A stretch of DNA of 64,000 nucleotides from positions 434,001 through 498,000 of the forward strand of contig JAUFOQ010000013.1 of NCBI GenBank assembly GCA_040285855.1, written 5' to 3'. Origin of the DNA: Eukaryota sp. GEM-RC1. Taxonomy: Eukaryota. Position 1 is the stretch's first letter. The number at the start of each line of letters is the position of its first letter. The translations under genes were made by a program, and so were the position numbers. A model generated the notes under the pieces. The model did not search any database. It was not told the origin of the DNA and saw only the letters and a program-made list of their open reading frames with translations. Of this stretch, positions 63,012 through 64,000 are shown in pieces.

Positions 63012-64000
63012 ATGGAGTGTAAGCTCTGTTGCGAGTCCTTCACCAAGGATAATCTTCCTGTTATAATCTGTACAGACGGTCATACAGTTTGTCAACGATG
63101 CTGTTCCAAACTGAGAGCTTGTCCTTACCGCTGTAAGACGTTCTTACCCAATCCCATTATCAATCGAGAGCTTTTCTCACTTTTATCATCGGAAAATCTT
63201 ATCAAAAAGGGTTTAGAAGTGGATCGCTTGTTCCGTTTCGCCGGACTTTCTGATTCCGATGATCTTATACCTTTGATGAACTTCATCCTCAAGAATATGA
63301 CTATTGTCTTCCCACAATTACAACTGATTTTCCATCTGATTTTCGTGCAGCCGTTACTAACTTTGCGTCCCGTTTTTATGCTAAATTCCCTTTTCTCAAG
63401 TACATATCTATGGACAACTTGCTCATAGCTGGCGGTGCTGTTCAGAAAGTTATCTGTGGTCAAGATCTTGAGGACGTCTACTCAATCAGTGACATTGACT
63501 TCTTCATCTATGGAATTAACTCGACTGATCAAGCCACCGCAAGAGTCAATCAGTTCATTAATGAGTTAAAGGAACATTGCTCCTATGTAGTAAGAGGTTC
63601 GCATTGTATTACGGTAGACGCAGGATGCCAGATAATTCTCCGTCTTTACTCCTCTAAGTCAGAGATTCTACATGGCTTTGATCTAGGTTCAAGTCAAGTT
63701 GGTTTTGATGGGAAACAGTTGTATACCACTACTCTTGGTAAGTTGTCATATACTTATATGATTAATATTGTAGATCCCTCAAGAAGATCCACTTCTTATG
63801 AATATAGATTAGGAAAGTATTTAAAGCGTGGTTTTAAGATCGTCCTTCCTAATCTTGATGTGAAGAAGATGAGAAACAAAATTCAGGAAGATTCTTTTTT
63901 CAGTGGCTTACCTTATCTTCTATTGGAGTTTGAAGAGAGTCATGGCGAGGGAAACAATATTGTCGTGGAGAATGTGGAGAGTGACAGTAAAGTTTCAGTC
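63012..64000 (+). CDS. RING finger fused to nucleotidyltransferase-like domain (3' incomplete)
   Basis: RING, then with one T added near 63273 an open frame to window end: LLIAGGAV..SDIDFFIYG..QIILRLY..EILHGFD..VGFDG..SYEYRLGKYLKRGF. Confidence 0.8.

Noticed and set aside
5521..64000. Pervasive frameshifts as programmed frameshifting, RNA editing or mass pseudogenisation
   Set aside because: Mostly single-base indels in homopolymer runs, without a common slippery motif, and they hit essential genes such as H3 and ALG3; best explained as long-read consensus error, testable by short-read polishing

Overview
AT-rich, gene-dense, almost intron-less eukaryotic DNA, most likely from a flagellated protist; the species cannot be determined from sequence alone. 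Many genes are split by single-base indels in homopolymer runs, which looks like long-read assembly error. Housekeeping genes: a four-gene core histone cluster (H2A.X-like, H2B, H3, H4), Arf-like GTPase, PDCD2, TFIIF-alpha-like, APEH-type S9 peptidase, START protein, TORTIFOLIA1-like HEAT/coiled-coil protein, alpha-tubulin acetyltransferase, HAT1, NYN/OST-HTH protein, ALG3 and an intron-containing tRNA-Tyr. Expanded families: degenerate 3'-5' exonuclease-like proteins, TBP-like proteins and modular RING/BTB/kinase-coiled-coil-LRR proteins. Mobile DNA: hAT and Tc1/pogo-type MITEs and relics of an RLE-type non-LTR retrotransposon. Highlights missed by the ORF track: (1) a selenocysteine-containing selenophosphate synthetase with in-frame UGA, a 30-nt in-frame intron and a GUGA-core SECIS; (2) a prokaryote-like heliorhodopsin; (3) a divergent 3' stem-loop and a shared upstream motif at all four histone genes; (4) a RING finger fused to a nucleotidyltransferase-like domain, apparently part of a domain-shuffling family.
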